A stretch of DNA of 64,000 bases from a plasmid: the sequence record NZ_CP143948.1; one strand, 5' to 3'. Positions 18,980 to 27,327 of the stretch are shown here, piece after piece. Position numbers and translations under genes: made by a program. The notes under the pieces were generated by a model that was given only the letters and a program-made list of their open reading frames with translations, did not search any database and was not told the DNA's origin. Position 1 is the first letter of the stretch, and each line of letters starts with the position of its first letter.

Positions 18980-20239
18980 CTAATAACTTTTATCGCCTTT
19001 CTTCAAAGGAGAAAACGTAATCTTATTTGCCAAAAGAAAAAGAATTATTATTACAATACCAAATCCCACAAAAAGTGAACTTGTATCAACAACAGTAACT
19101 TTGTATATAATACTAATCACAAAAGATACCACTGGCGCGCATGCGTATGTAAGTGAAAATCGAATTGCAGAAACACGTCCTATATATTCTTTAGTAACTT
19201 CTTTTACAAATTTCACTTGTACATAAGTAATCATTAATCCCAATGCTGCACCAATTATTATCGAACCGATTAGCAACAGTAATTTTTGAGTTATAGGATT
19301 TGCAATATATTTTGAAACAAATGCAATAAAAACATAGTATACACCTAAAACAATTCCACAAAATGTAACAAGTGTATTATTTTTTTTCTCCTCTTTCATT
19401 TTTGCAAAAGTCAATGATCCCAAAATAGTACCAATAGTTACGCTTACACTTAGTAATGAAACAATTTTGGCATCTCCACTAAACATTTCTCTTGCAATCG
19501 GGGCGAGCAGTGCATCAAATGGAACCACTGCTGAATTAATTAGAATACATAAAAAACATAGTTTTAATAGCTTCTTATGGTCAAATACATAACTAAATCC
19601 ATCTCTAAGCGAAATTAAATATTCTCTGCCAATTATTCGGTTTGTCTTCTTTTCTTCTTGAACAGAAAATTCTATTTTTACTATAAGCAACGCTGATATT
19701 AAAAATATCAAAGCATCTATCGCTAAAGAAATACCTATTCCAAATGAACTAATCACTATGCCTGACAAGCCAGTTCCAACTAATACTGCTATTTTGGTAC
19801 AAGACACATTGACACTTACACCTTTATCATAATGTTCATTAGGAAGTACATGCTGAATAACTGCTACCCCTGCTGGCATATGAAATGCTTCTATTAATGA
19901 AATGGATATTGTCATAAAAACCAATATTAATGGTGAAAGCATGTTTTGTGTATATACATATAATATATACAAAACTAACAGAACTCGAGCTATATCTGAA
20001 AGTACTAACACTTTCTTTTTATTCATATTCTCGACTAATGGACCTATAAATGGTTGAATAATTACAGAAGTAGCTTGATTAATACCAAAAATAATCGCAG
20101 ACCACCCTGCACTATTTGTAAGTAAATATACCAACCATGTAAAAAGTATTGTATCTAATGAATCACCACAGCGGTTAATAATATTAGAAGTCAGCAGATA
20201 AACATAATTGTGGTTATGATATAACTCATGTTTATTCAT
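18980..20239 (-). CDS. MFS transporter (putative RiPP exporter)
   Basis: ~12 predicted TM helices. Start taken at ATG 20239 (MNKHELYH), after an AGAGAGG RBS. An upstream ATG at 20260 overlaps the rSAM stop (ATGA). Confidence 0.7.
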   Translation of the reverse strand: MNKHELYHNHNYVYLLTSNIINRCGDSLDTILFTWLVYLLTNSAGWSAIIFGINQATSVIIQPFIGPLVENMNKKKVLVLSDIARVLLVLYILYVYTQNMLSPLILVFMTISISLIEAFHMPAGVAVIQHVLPNEHYDKGVSVNVSCTKIAVLVGTGLSGIVISSFGIGISLAIDALIFLISALLIVKIEFSVQEEKKTNRIIGREYLISLRDGFSYVFDHKKLLKLCFLCILINSAVVPFDALLAPIAREMFSGDAKIVSLLSVSVTIGTILGSLTFAKMKEEKKNNTLVTFCGIVLGVYYVFIAFVSKYIANPITQKLLLLIGSIIIGAALGLMITYVQVKFVKEVTKEYIGRVSAIRFSLTYACAPVVSFVISIIYKVTVVDTSSLFVGFGIVIIILFLLANKITFSPLKKGDKSY

Positions 20240-20256
20240 ATTTGTTACCTCTCTAA

Positions 20257-21411
20257 TCATAATTTAGATTGTTTAATTTCGCAAGCTATCTTATAAAGAT
20301 CCTGATGTTTTAAAGCCGCTGCTTTTTCTATAACATTATCAATTTCTGATATATCATTAAGTGATTCCAAATATTTTTTCCATTTTTTCATTTCAACATT
20401 ATATGCACAGTATCTATTTTCACTTTCAAATGAGCCGTTAATGCAATAACGACTATTACTACATCCTCCTAAGCATCGTTCTGTATAACGACATTCTCTG
20501 CAAAATCCTTTTAACTTACTACTATCAAAATTTCTATTCCACTTAAAAGAGTCCGGACTTTCCCAAATCGACTTTAAAGATTTTTCACGAATATTTCCCG
20601 CTACTAATGTTTTATCTCTAATAGAAGTACAAGCAACAATATCTCCATTATGCAGAATACCAATTACATGCTTTCCTGCTCCACAACCTGTCCAAGACCA
20701 ATTATCATTAAGAAAATTCTCATTTACTTTTATATCTTTATTGCTATAATAACCTATGCAATCTGCCAAAACAATTAACAACTTACCTCCAATTTTATTA
20801 TATGCAAAATCAATAATAGAAAGAATATCTTGAGGTTCTATAAGCCATTCTGGGCGTTTTGCAAAATTCCCCATTGGTAATGCAATCTGTAACTGCCAAC
20901 TATTAACTCCCAAATCACTTAATAATTGATATAGTTCTTCCAATTCACATATATTTTCTTTATTTATTGAAGTTATTACTGATGTCGAAATATTATTTTT
21001 TCTTAATTCTTTCAATGCTTTAATACTTTTATTGAATGATCCCGATCTCCGTATAAAATCGTGAGTTTTTTCAAGACCATCAATACTTAAACAGACACTT
21101 CTAATTCCTGATGTTATCGCATTATGAATAAAGTTTTCATCAATCAACCAACCATTTGTAATAATACTTGTTATTATGCCATTATCTACTAATCTTTTCG
21201 CAATAATATGCCAGTCACTACGTGTCGTAGGTTCCCCTCCAGATAATGTAATAACTTTTAATCCCAAATCTTTTAATTGGTCACACACCTCAAGAGCTTC
21301 TGATGTATTCAACTCATCGGGTAGCGCTTCTGCACAACTTGAACCGCAATGTTTACAACGCATATTACAACCCATTGTTATTTCCCATACAGCTGTAGTT
21401 AATTTATTCAT
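20257..21411 (-). CDS. Radical SAM / SPASM-domain peptide-modifying enzyme
   Basis: CNMRCKHCG (CxxxCxxC) cluster, GGEP motif and a C-terminal Cys-rich SPASM region (CGAGKH...CRECRYTERCLGGCSNSRYC). 384 aa. AGGAGAG RBS. Confidence 0.85.
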   Translation of the reverse strand: MNKLTTAVWEITMGCNMRCKHCGSSCAEALPDELNTSEALEVCDQLKDLGLKVITLSGGEPTTRSDWHIIAKRLVDNGIITSIITNGWLIDENFIHNAITSGIRSVCLSIDGLEKTHDFIRRSGSFNKSIKALKELRKNNISTSVITSINKENICELEELYQLLSDLGVNSWQLQIALPMGNFAKRPEWLIEPQDILSIIDFAYNKIGGKLLIVLADCIGYYSNKDIKVNENFLNDNWSWTGCGAGKHVIGILHNGDIVACTSIRDKTLVAGNIREKSLKSIWESPDSFKWNRNFDSSKLKGFCRECRYTERCLGGCSNSRYCINGSFESENRYCAYNVEMKKWKKYLESLNDISEIDNVIEKAAALKHQDLYKIACEIKQSKL

Positions 21412-21492
21412 ATATTCTCTCCTATAATCCTTTTTAAATAAAAAAGACCTACTCTATATTTCTTTTTACATAGAGCAAGTCTTTTCTACAAA

Positions 21493-21600
21493 CTACATTC
21501 TCACACCTGTTCCGTACATAACTGGTCCAAATAAGTTCTTAGAGGTTTTTAATTCAGAAATCTTTACAAACTCCAAGCTCAATTCTTCAAGATTAAACAT
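21493..21600 (-). CDS. Candidate RiPP precursor peptide (35 aa, no Cys): MFNLEELSLEFVKISELKTSKNLFGPVMYGTGVRM
   Basis: Strong GGGAGGTG RBS 7 nt upstream of ATG 21600. A TTGACA-17-TATTCT promoter-like sequence lies inside the longer ORF-track call (21493..21699), so that call is over-extended. Sits immediately upstream of the rSAM gene with a hairpin plus T-run between them. Confidence 0.5.
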   Translation of the reverse strand: MFNLEELSLEFVKISELKTSKNLFGPVMYGTGVRM

Positions 21601-21757
21601 TTTTATCCACCTCCCGTTTATTGAATTTATCTTAAGAATACATCTCTTATTTTCAAATGTCAAGTTATTTTCATTATTTTTCCCAAATTTCGAGTTCAAA
21701 TTCTCGTTTTATTTGTAACATATTTTCCATTTTCTACGCATACATCAGATCTCTTAA

Positions 21758-22201
21758 CCACTTATAAATGTCCGTAAAATTGCAAAAGCAACTGGAATCA
21801 GTGCTACAACCTTATATTCAATCATTCAAAAAGATTCCAATATTCGATTTGATTTTGCTTTAAGACTTGCAAACGAATTGCAAATTGATGTGAATGAGAT
21901 ATGTTCTGCCAGTCCATTTTCTGACACAATTAAGGAAGAAGAGATTTATCCTACACTTCCAGACGGTTTGAACGGAGCCTTAGACGCAAGTCGTGTAAAG
22001 ACTTACTTAAAAAATTCTATGTATCCGTTGATGTATCTTTTTGGCAAAAATAGTATGCCTGATGTAGATAATCTACTTACATCATTCTATCAGCTTGATG
22101 ATGAAGCCAGACAGGAAGTTGTAGAAACAATCCGTCTGAAACTGCAATATCATCGAGATCCGAAACGTGCTGAACAGATCAAGCAGATTAAAGGTTGGTA
22201 A
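21758..22201 (+). CDS. XRE-family HTH regulator (start unresolved; possible N-terminal truncation or frameshift)
   Basis: Clear helix-turn-helix reading IAKATGISATTLYSIIQKDSNIRFDFALRLANEL in frame with ORF 21878..22201. No ATG/GTG/TTG is found between the in-frame stop at 21755 and the TTG at 21878. Divergent from the precursor gene. Confidence 0.4.
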   Translation, partial: PLINVRKIAKATGISATTLYSIIQKDSNIRFDFALRLANELQIDVNEICSASPFSDTIKEEEIYPTLPDGLNGALDASRVKTYLKNSMYPLMYLFGKNSMPDVDNLLTSFYQLDDEARQEVVETIRLKLQYHRDPKRAEQIKQIKGW

Positions 22202-22205
22202 AAAA

Positions 22206-22247
22206 TCACTCCTGTGAATGGCAAACATTCGCAGGAGTTTCTTTTTG
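22206..22247 (+). terminator. Terminator after the HTH gene
   Basis: CTCCTG...GCAGGAG stem followed by TTTCTTTTT. Confidence 0.4.
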
Positions 22248-22264
22248 GGCACCGTTTTGGCACC
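22248..22264 (+). repeat. GGCACC-N5-GGCACC 17-bp motif (right copy)
   Basis: Exact copy of 18863..18879. Confidence 0.7.
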
Positions 22265-22370
22265 ACTGGTCTTATTTTTCAATTTTAAATTTATCTGTAT
22301 TTTATCTTGCTGATAAATATTTCGCTATTTCTCTACTTATAATTTTTCAAATCATTCTCTCTTTAAGATA

Positions 22371-22401
22371 CAGAAAAACCCGTAGAACCGAAGTTCTACG
22401 G
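22371..22401 (-). terminator. tuf rho-independent terminator
   Basis: CCCGTAGAAC-cgaa-GTTCTACGGG stem followed by a U5 run on the minus strand, ~60 nt after the tuf stop. Confidence 0.6.
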
Positions 22402-22459
22402 GTATCTTACGTTTAGACACAACGTTATCTTACGATAACAAATCCATATTAAGATTGTA

Positions 22460-22513
22460 TTACTCGATAACTGTAGCAACACGTCCAGATCCTACTGTAC
22501 GTCCACCCTCACG
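22460..22513 (-). repeat. Direct repeat (right copy) = 3-prime end of intact tuf
   Basis: See 18706..18759. Confidence 0.85.
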
Positions 22514-23647
22514 GATAGCGAATGTAAGACCCTGCTCCATAGCTACTGGATGGATGAGCTCGATTGTCATCTCTACGTTATCACCAGGCATGCACATCTC
22601 TGTTCCTGCTGGAAGCTCGCAAACACCTGTTACGTCTGTTGTTCTGAAGTAGAACTGTGGACGATAGTTGTTGAAGAATGGAGTATGACGTCCACCCTCG
22701 TCCTTTGTAAGAACGTAAACCTGAGCCGTAAACTTATGGTGACATGTTACTGTACCAGGCTTAGCAAGAACCTGTCCACGAACGATCTGGTCACGGTTAA
22801 TACCACGGAGAAGTGCTCCGATGTTATCACCAGCCTGAGCCTCGTCTAACTGCTTACGGAACATCTCGATTCCAGTAACAACAGTCTTCTGAACGTCCTC
22901 TTTAACACCAAGGATCTCTAACTCGTCGTTGAGGTGAAGTGTACCACGCTCTACTCTACCAGTTGCAACAGTACCACGACCTGTGATTGTGAATACGTCC
23001 TCTACTGGCATAAGGAATGGCTTATCTGTATCACGCTGTGGATCTGGGATATAAGAATCAACAGTATCCATAAGCTCCATGATCTTGTCTCCCCAAGGTC
23101 CCATTGGATCCTCAAGAGCCTTAAGAGCTGATCCCTGGATGATTGGGCAATCATTGAATCCGTACTCCTCAAGCTGCTCTGTAACTTCCATCTCTACGAG
23201 CTCGATAAGCTCTGGGTCGTCAACCATATCACACTTGTTAAGGAATACGATGATGTAAGGAACACCTACCTGACGAGAAAGGAGGATGTGCTCCTTTGTC
23301 TGAGCCATAACACCATCAGTAGCAGCAACAACAAGGATAGCACCATCCATCTGAGCTGCACCAGTGATCATGTTCTTTACGTAGTCAGCATGTCCAGGAC
23401 AGTCAACGTGTGCGTAATGTCTCTTTTCTGTCTCATACTCAACGTGAGCTGTAGAAATTGTGATTCCACGCTCTCTCTCCTCTGGAGCCTTATCAATGTT
23501 AGCGAAATCTGTAGCTGTGTTACCAGCGACACGAGCTGCTAATACTGCTGTAATAGCTGCTGTTAAAGTTGTTTTACCATGATCTACGTGACCGATGGTA
23601 CCAATATTACAATGTGGTTTTGTTCTTTCAAATTTAGCCTTTGCCAT
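22460..23647 (-). CDS. tuf: Elongation factor Tu
   Basis: [27 protein letters not shown]. 395 aa, full length. Confidence 0.97.
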   Translation of the reverse strand: MAKAKFERTKPHCNIGTIGHVDHGKTTLTAAITAVLAARVAGNTATDFANIDKAPEERERGITISTAHVEYETEKRHYAHVDCPGHADYVKNMITGAAQMDGAILVVAATDGVMAQTKEHILLSRQVGVPYIIVFLNKCDMVDDPELIELVEMEVTEQLEEYGFNDCPIIQGSALKALEDPMGPWGDKIMELMDTVDSYIPDPQRDTDKPFLMPVEDVFTITGRGTVATGRVERGTLHLNDELEILGVKEDVQKTVVTGIEMFRKQLDEAQAGDNIGALLRGINRDQIVRGQVLAKPGTVTCHHKFTAQVYVLTKDEGGRHTPFFNNYRPQFYFRTTDVTGVCELPAGTEMCMPGDNVEMTIELIHPVAMEQGLTFAIREGGRTVGSGRVATVIE

Positions 23648-23857
23648 TTTGAAACGTCCTCCTTAAACTTTTATGCCCCATGGGCTATTTTTATAATCTA
23701 CCGACTGCTTTGATTATACGAAATAATCAAAGTTTTTTCAAGTAAATTTTACGGCAAATCCCCCTTTTTCAAGGGGAAATGCCTTTATTTTTGATTTTTA
23801 TACCATATATAGTATATATTTCATCATTTGTACTATAAATTGTTTGCTAATTTGCAA

Positions 23858-25975
23858 TTATTTTGCGTGGTTAGCAAGCACCTTGTCCTGTACATTCTTT
23901 GGAACCGGCTCATATCTGTCGAAGAACATTGAGTAGTTTCCACGTCCCTGTGTCTTAGAACGAAGGTCTGTAGAGTAACCGAACATCTCTGCAAGTGGTA
24001 CATATGCATGTACAATCTTTCCACCGCCGAGATCGTCCATACCCTCGATACGTCCACGACGAGAGTTAACATCACCGATAACGTCTCCCATGTACTCCTC
24101 AGGCATTGTAACCTCTACCTTCATGATAGGCTCAAGTAATACAGGTGCAGCCTTTGCCATAGCCTCTTTGAAACACATAGATCCGGCAATGTGGAATGCC
24201 ATCTCTGATGAATCGACCTCATGGTAAGATCCATCGTATACTGTTGCATGGATACCAACTACCGGGAATCCACCAAGAGAACCGGCCTTTGTAGCCTCCT
24301 CGATACCTTCGCCGATTGATGGGATGTACTCCTTTGGAATAGCACCACCGACAACCTCTGAATCGAACTTGAAAAGCTCTTCTCCATTGGCATCCATTGG
24401 CTCGAAGCGTACCTTACAGTGTCCGTACTGTCCACGTCCACCTGACTGCTTAGCATATTTGTATTCCTGATCAACAGCCTTTGTAAATGTCTCCTTGTAA
24501 GCAACCTGAGGTGCACCAACGTTTGCCTCAACCTTGAACTCACGGAGAAGACGGTCAACGATGATCTCAAGGTGAAGCTCACCCATACCAGCGATGATTG
24601 TCTGACCTGTTTCCTGATCAGTATGAGCACGGAATGTAGGATCCTCCTCTGCAAGCTTTGCAAGAGCCTCACCTAACTTGCCCTGTCCAGCTTTTGTCTT
24701 AGGCTCGATAGCGAGCTCGATAACTGGCTCTGGGAACTCCATAGACTCAAGGATAACCGGATGCTGCTCATCACAGATTGTATCACCTGTTGTTGTGAAC
24801 TTAAATCCAACAGCAGCAGCGATATCACCTGAGTAAACCTCATCCAACTCCTGTCTCTTATTAGCATGCATCTGAAGAATACGTCCGATACGCTCTTTCT
24901 TATCCTTTGTTGCATTTAATACATATGATCCTGCCTTACATTTTCCTGAGTAAACACGGAAGAATGCAAGCTTTCCTACAAATGGATCTGCCATGATCTT
25001 GAATGCAAGTGCTGAGAATGGCTCATCATCTGATGAATGTCTCTCAATCTCATTTCCCTCAAGATCTGTTCCCTTGATTGAAGGGATATCTGTAGGAGCT
25101 GGCATGTACTCAACGATAGCGTCAAGTAACTTCTGTACACCCTTGTTACGGTATGCAGAACCACAACATACAGGTACTGCTGTACACTCACATGTTGCTT
25201 TACGAAGAACCTTCTTCATATCCTCTACAGATGGCTCCTCACCCTCAAGATACTGCATCATGAGATCGTCATCTAACTCACAGATTTTCTCAATAAGCTC
25301 TGTACGGTACTCTGCAGCCTGATCAGCCATATCTCCAAGATCATCAGTAACTGTGATATCGTCACCCTTCTCATCATTGTAGATATATGCCTTCATCTCG
25401 AAAAGGTCGATAATTCCTTTGAAATCGTCCTCTTTACCGATTGGTAACTGAAGTACGATAGCATTTTTTCCTAATCTTGTACGGATCTGGTCAACAGCTC
25501 CGTAGAAGTTTGCACCTAAGATATCCATCTTATTGATGAATGCCATACGAGGTACATTGTATGTGTCAGCCTGACGCCAAACGTTCTCTGACTGAGGCTC
25601 AACACCACCCTTTGCACAGAACACACCAACTGCGCCATCAAGTACACGGAGTGAACGCTCAACTTCTACTGTGAAGTCAACGTGGCCCGGTGTATCGATG
25701 ATGTTGATACGATGCTCAAGTGCTCCTGGCTTTGGTTTAGTGAACTCTTCAAGTGTCCAGTGACATGTTGTAGCGGCAGAAGTAATTGTAATACCTCTTT
25801 CCTGCTCCTGCTCCATCCAGTCCATGGTAGCAGTACCTTCATGAGTATCACCGATTTTATAGTTAATACCAGTATAATAAAGAATACGCTCTGTCAGTGT
25901 TGTTTTACCAGCATCGATATGAGCCATGATTCCAATATTTCTGGTTCTCTCAAGTGGATATTCTCTTCCAGCCAA
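23858..25975 (-). CDS. fusA: Elongation factor G
   Basis: 705 aa. N-terminus [14 protein letters not shown] and full EF-G domain order. Confidence 0.97.
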   Translation of the reverse strand: MAGREYPLERTRNIGIMAHIDAGKTTLTERILYYTGINYKIGDTHEGTATMDWMEQEQERGITITSAATTCHWTLEEFTKPKPGALEHRINIIDTPGHVDFTVEVERSLRVLDGAVGVFCAKGGVEPQSENVWRQADTYNVPRMAFINKMDILGANFYGAVDQIRTRLGKNAIVLQLPIGKEDDFKGIIDLFEMKAYIYNDEKGDDITVTDDLGDMADQAAEYRTELIEKICELDDDLMMQYLEGEEPSVEDMKKVLRKATCECTAVPVCCGSAYRNKGVQKLLDAIVEYMPAPTDIPSIKGTDLEGNEIERHSSDDEPFSALAFKIMADPFVGKLAFFRVYSGKCKAGSYVLNATKDKKERIGRILQMHANKRQELDEVYSGDIAAAVGFKFTTTGDTICDEQHPVILESMEFPEPVIELAIEPKTKAGQGKLGEALAKLAEEDPTFRAHTDQETGQTIIAGMGELHLEIIVDRLLREFKVEANVGAPQVAYKETFTKAVDQEYKYAKQSGGRGQYGHCKVRFEPMDANGEELFKFDSEVVGGAIPKEYIPSIGEGIEEATKAGSLGGFPVVGIHATVYDGSYHEVDSSEMAFHIAGSMCFKEAMAKAAPVLLEPIMKVEVTMPEEYMGDVIGDVNSRRGRIEGMDDLGGGKIVHAYVPLAEMFGYSTDLRSKTQGRGNYSMFFDRYEPVPKNVQDKVLANHAK

Positions 25976-26078
25976 GGTTTTTTCCTCCTATATTTAGTGT
26001 CCTATGCACAACCGGACTCTGTTACAAATCCGGTCCGCTGCATGAATCAAAAGCAAAGCTGTAAGCTTCTTACAGAAA

Positions 26079-26549
26079 CTAGAATCTGTAATGTGCGAAT
26101 GCCTTGTTTGCCTCTGCCATCTTGTGCATATCTTCTTTTCTCTTAACAGATGCGCCTGTGTTGTTAGCTGCATCCATGATCTCGTTAGCTAATCTCTCAG
26201 CCTGAGTTTTCTCTCCTCTGGCACGTGAGAATGCTGTTAACCAACGAAGGCCTAAAGCCTGACGACGATCAGGGCGAACCTCGATTGGTACCTGATATGT
26301 GGCACCACCGATACGTCTTGCTTTTACTTCGAGAGCTGGCATTACATTGTTCATAGCCTCTTCGAATACTTCAAGAGCTGGTCTTCCTGTCTTCTCTTCT
26401 ACTGTAGCAAATGCTCCGTATACAATCTTCTGAGCTACGCCTTTCTTACCGTCTAACATAATGCTGTTAACAAGCTTTGTAACTACTTTGCTGTTGTACA
26501 TTGGATCTGCTAATACGTCTCTTTTCTGAGTATGTCCTTTACGTGGCAC
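26079..26549 (-). CDS. rpsG: 30S ribosomal protein S7
   Basis: Conserved S7 sequence. GTG start at 26549 (VPRKGH...), 7 nt after an AAGGAGGG RBS. The ORF-track start at 26570 is over-extended. Confidence 0.9.
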   Translation of the reverse strand: MPRKGHTQKRDVLADPMYNSKVVTKLVNSIMLDGKKGVAQKIVYGAFATVEEKTGRPALEVFEEAMNNVMPALEVKARRIGGATYQVPIEVRPDRRQALGLRWLTAFSRARGEKTQAERLANEIMDAANNTGASVKRKEDMHKMAEANKAFAHYRF

Positions 26550-26720
26550 GTTACTTCCCTCCTTAATCATGATATTTGTGGATTAATTCATCGGTACTCA
26601 CATGTGTCTCTCTAATGTGTTCGTGCGGAATTGTATTCATAAAGTGAAATCCTGCATCTGCAGGTCTAATCCCAACACTAACCTACTTTAGTTCTGTTTG
26701 TGATACACAATGTTGCTAAA

Positions 26721-27140
26721 TTATTTAGCAGCTTTTGGTCTCTTTGCGCCGTACTTAGAGCGGGCCTGTTTTCTGTTTGCAACACCTGCAGTATCTAATG
26801 TACCACGGATGATATGATAACGTGTACCTGGTAAATCCTTAACACGGCCACCACGAATCAGAACAACGCTATGCTCCTGTAAGTTGTGTCCCTCACCAGG
26901 AATGTATGAAGTTACTTCGATTCCGTTTGAAAGACGAACTCTGGCGATCTTTCTAAGAGCTGAGTTAGGCTTCTTAGGAGTAGCTGTCTTAACAGCTGTA
27001 CATACACCACGCTTCTGTGGAGAAGAAGTGTTGATTGGCTTCTTCTGGAGAGAATTAAAGCTTCTCTGAAGAGCTGGTGCTGTAGACTTCTTTACAGATG
27101 TCTGACGTCCTTTTCTTACTAACTGGTTAAATGTTGGCAT
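26721..27140 (-). CDS. rpsL: 30S ribosomal protein S12
   Basis: [12 protein letters not shown]... start at 27140, after an AGGAGGTG RBS. The ORF track is over-extended to 27185. Confidence 0.92.
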   Translation of the reverse strand: MPTFNQLVRKGRQTSVKKSTAPALQRSFNSLQKKPINTSSPQKRGVCTAVKTATPKKPNSALRKIARVRLSNGIEVTSYIPGEGHNLQEHSVVLIRGGRVKDLPGTRYHIIRGTLDTAGVANRKQARSKYGAKRPKAAK

Positions 27141-27250
27141 TATTTTCACCTCCTGTTTTATTTTAAGCAGTGCAATCTTATGCACGCTAAAATATTATAC
27201 AAATCCTTGTCTGTTTTGTCAAGGCCAATTTTGTTTTCAATATAATACAA

Positions 27251-27282
27251 GAAAGAAGTCCGGTTTCCCGGACTTCTTTGTT
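27251..27282. terminator. Hairpin terminator between rpoC and rpsL
   Basis: AAGAAGTCCGG-tttc-CCGGACTTCTT stem with T-runs on both strands. Confidence 0.45.
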
Positions 27283-27327
27283 TTTGGTTTGTAACAGCTT
27301 CTGTAGCTTAAGTACAAACATCAGTAA

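Larger units (their letters stand above)
18760..22459. mobile_element. ~3.7 kb genomic island inserted at the tuf 3-prime end (no integrase retained), carrying a RiPP-like radical-SAM operon
   Basis: Bounded by 54-bp direct repeats of the tuf 3-prime end. Each side has its own terminator, the displaced fragment being followed by the presumed original terminator and GNAT gene. A 17-bp GGCACCGTTTTGGCACC motif occurs just inside both ends. Confidence 0.6.

Noticed and set aside
21493-21699. 68-aa version of the precursor ORF from the ORF track
   Set aside because: A TTGACA-17-TATTCT promoter and a strong RBS lie inside it. The internal ATG at 21600 with GGGAGGTG 7 nt upstream is the credible start, giving a 35-aa peptide.
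21768-21866. 32-aa ORF (MSVKLQKQLESVLQPYIQSFKKIPIFDLILL) as a possible SHP-like pheromone for an Rgg-type system
   Set aside because: It overlaps, in another frame, an unmistakable HTH_XRE coding sequence and has no RBS. Most likely a chance ORF, though it may mark the frameshift region.
18863-22264. GGCACCGTTTTGGCACC as a sigma-54 promoter
   Set aside because: The -24 TGGCAC fits but the -12 element reads TGGC rather than TTGC. The copies sit after terminators rather than before genes.
23757-23783. Hairpin between fusA and tuf as a terminator
   Set aside because: The stem (TCCCCTT/AAGGGGA) is short and not followed by a clear U-tract on the minus strand. fusA-tuf are normally co-transcribed.
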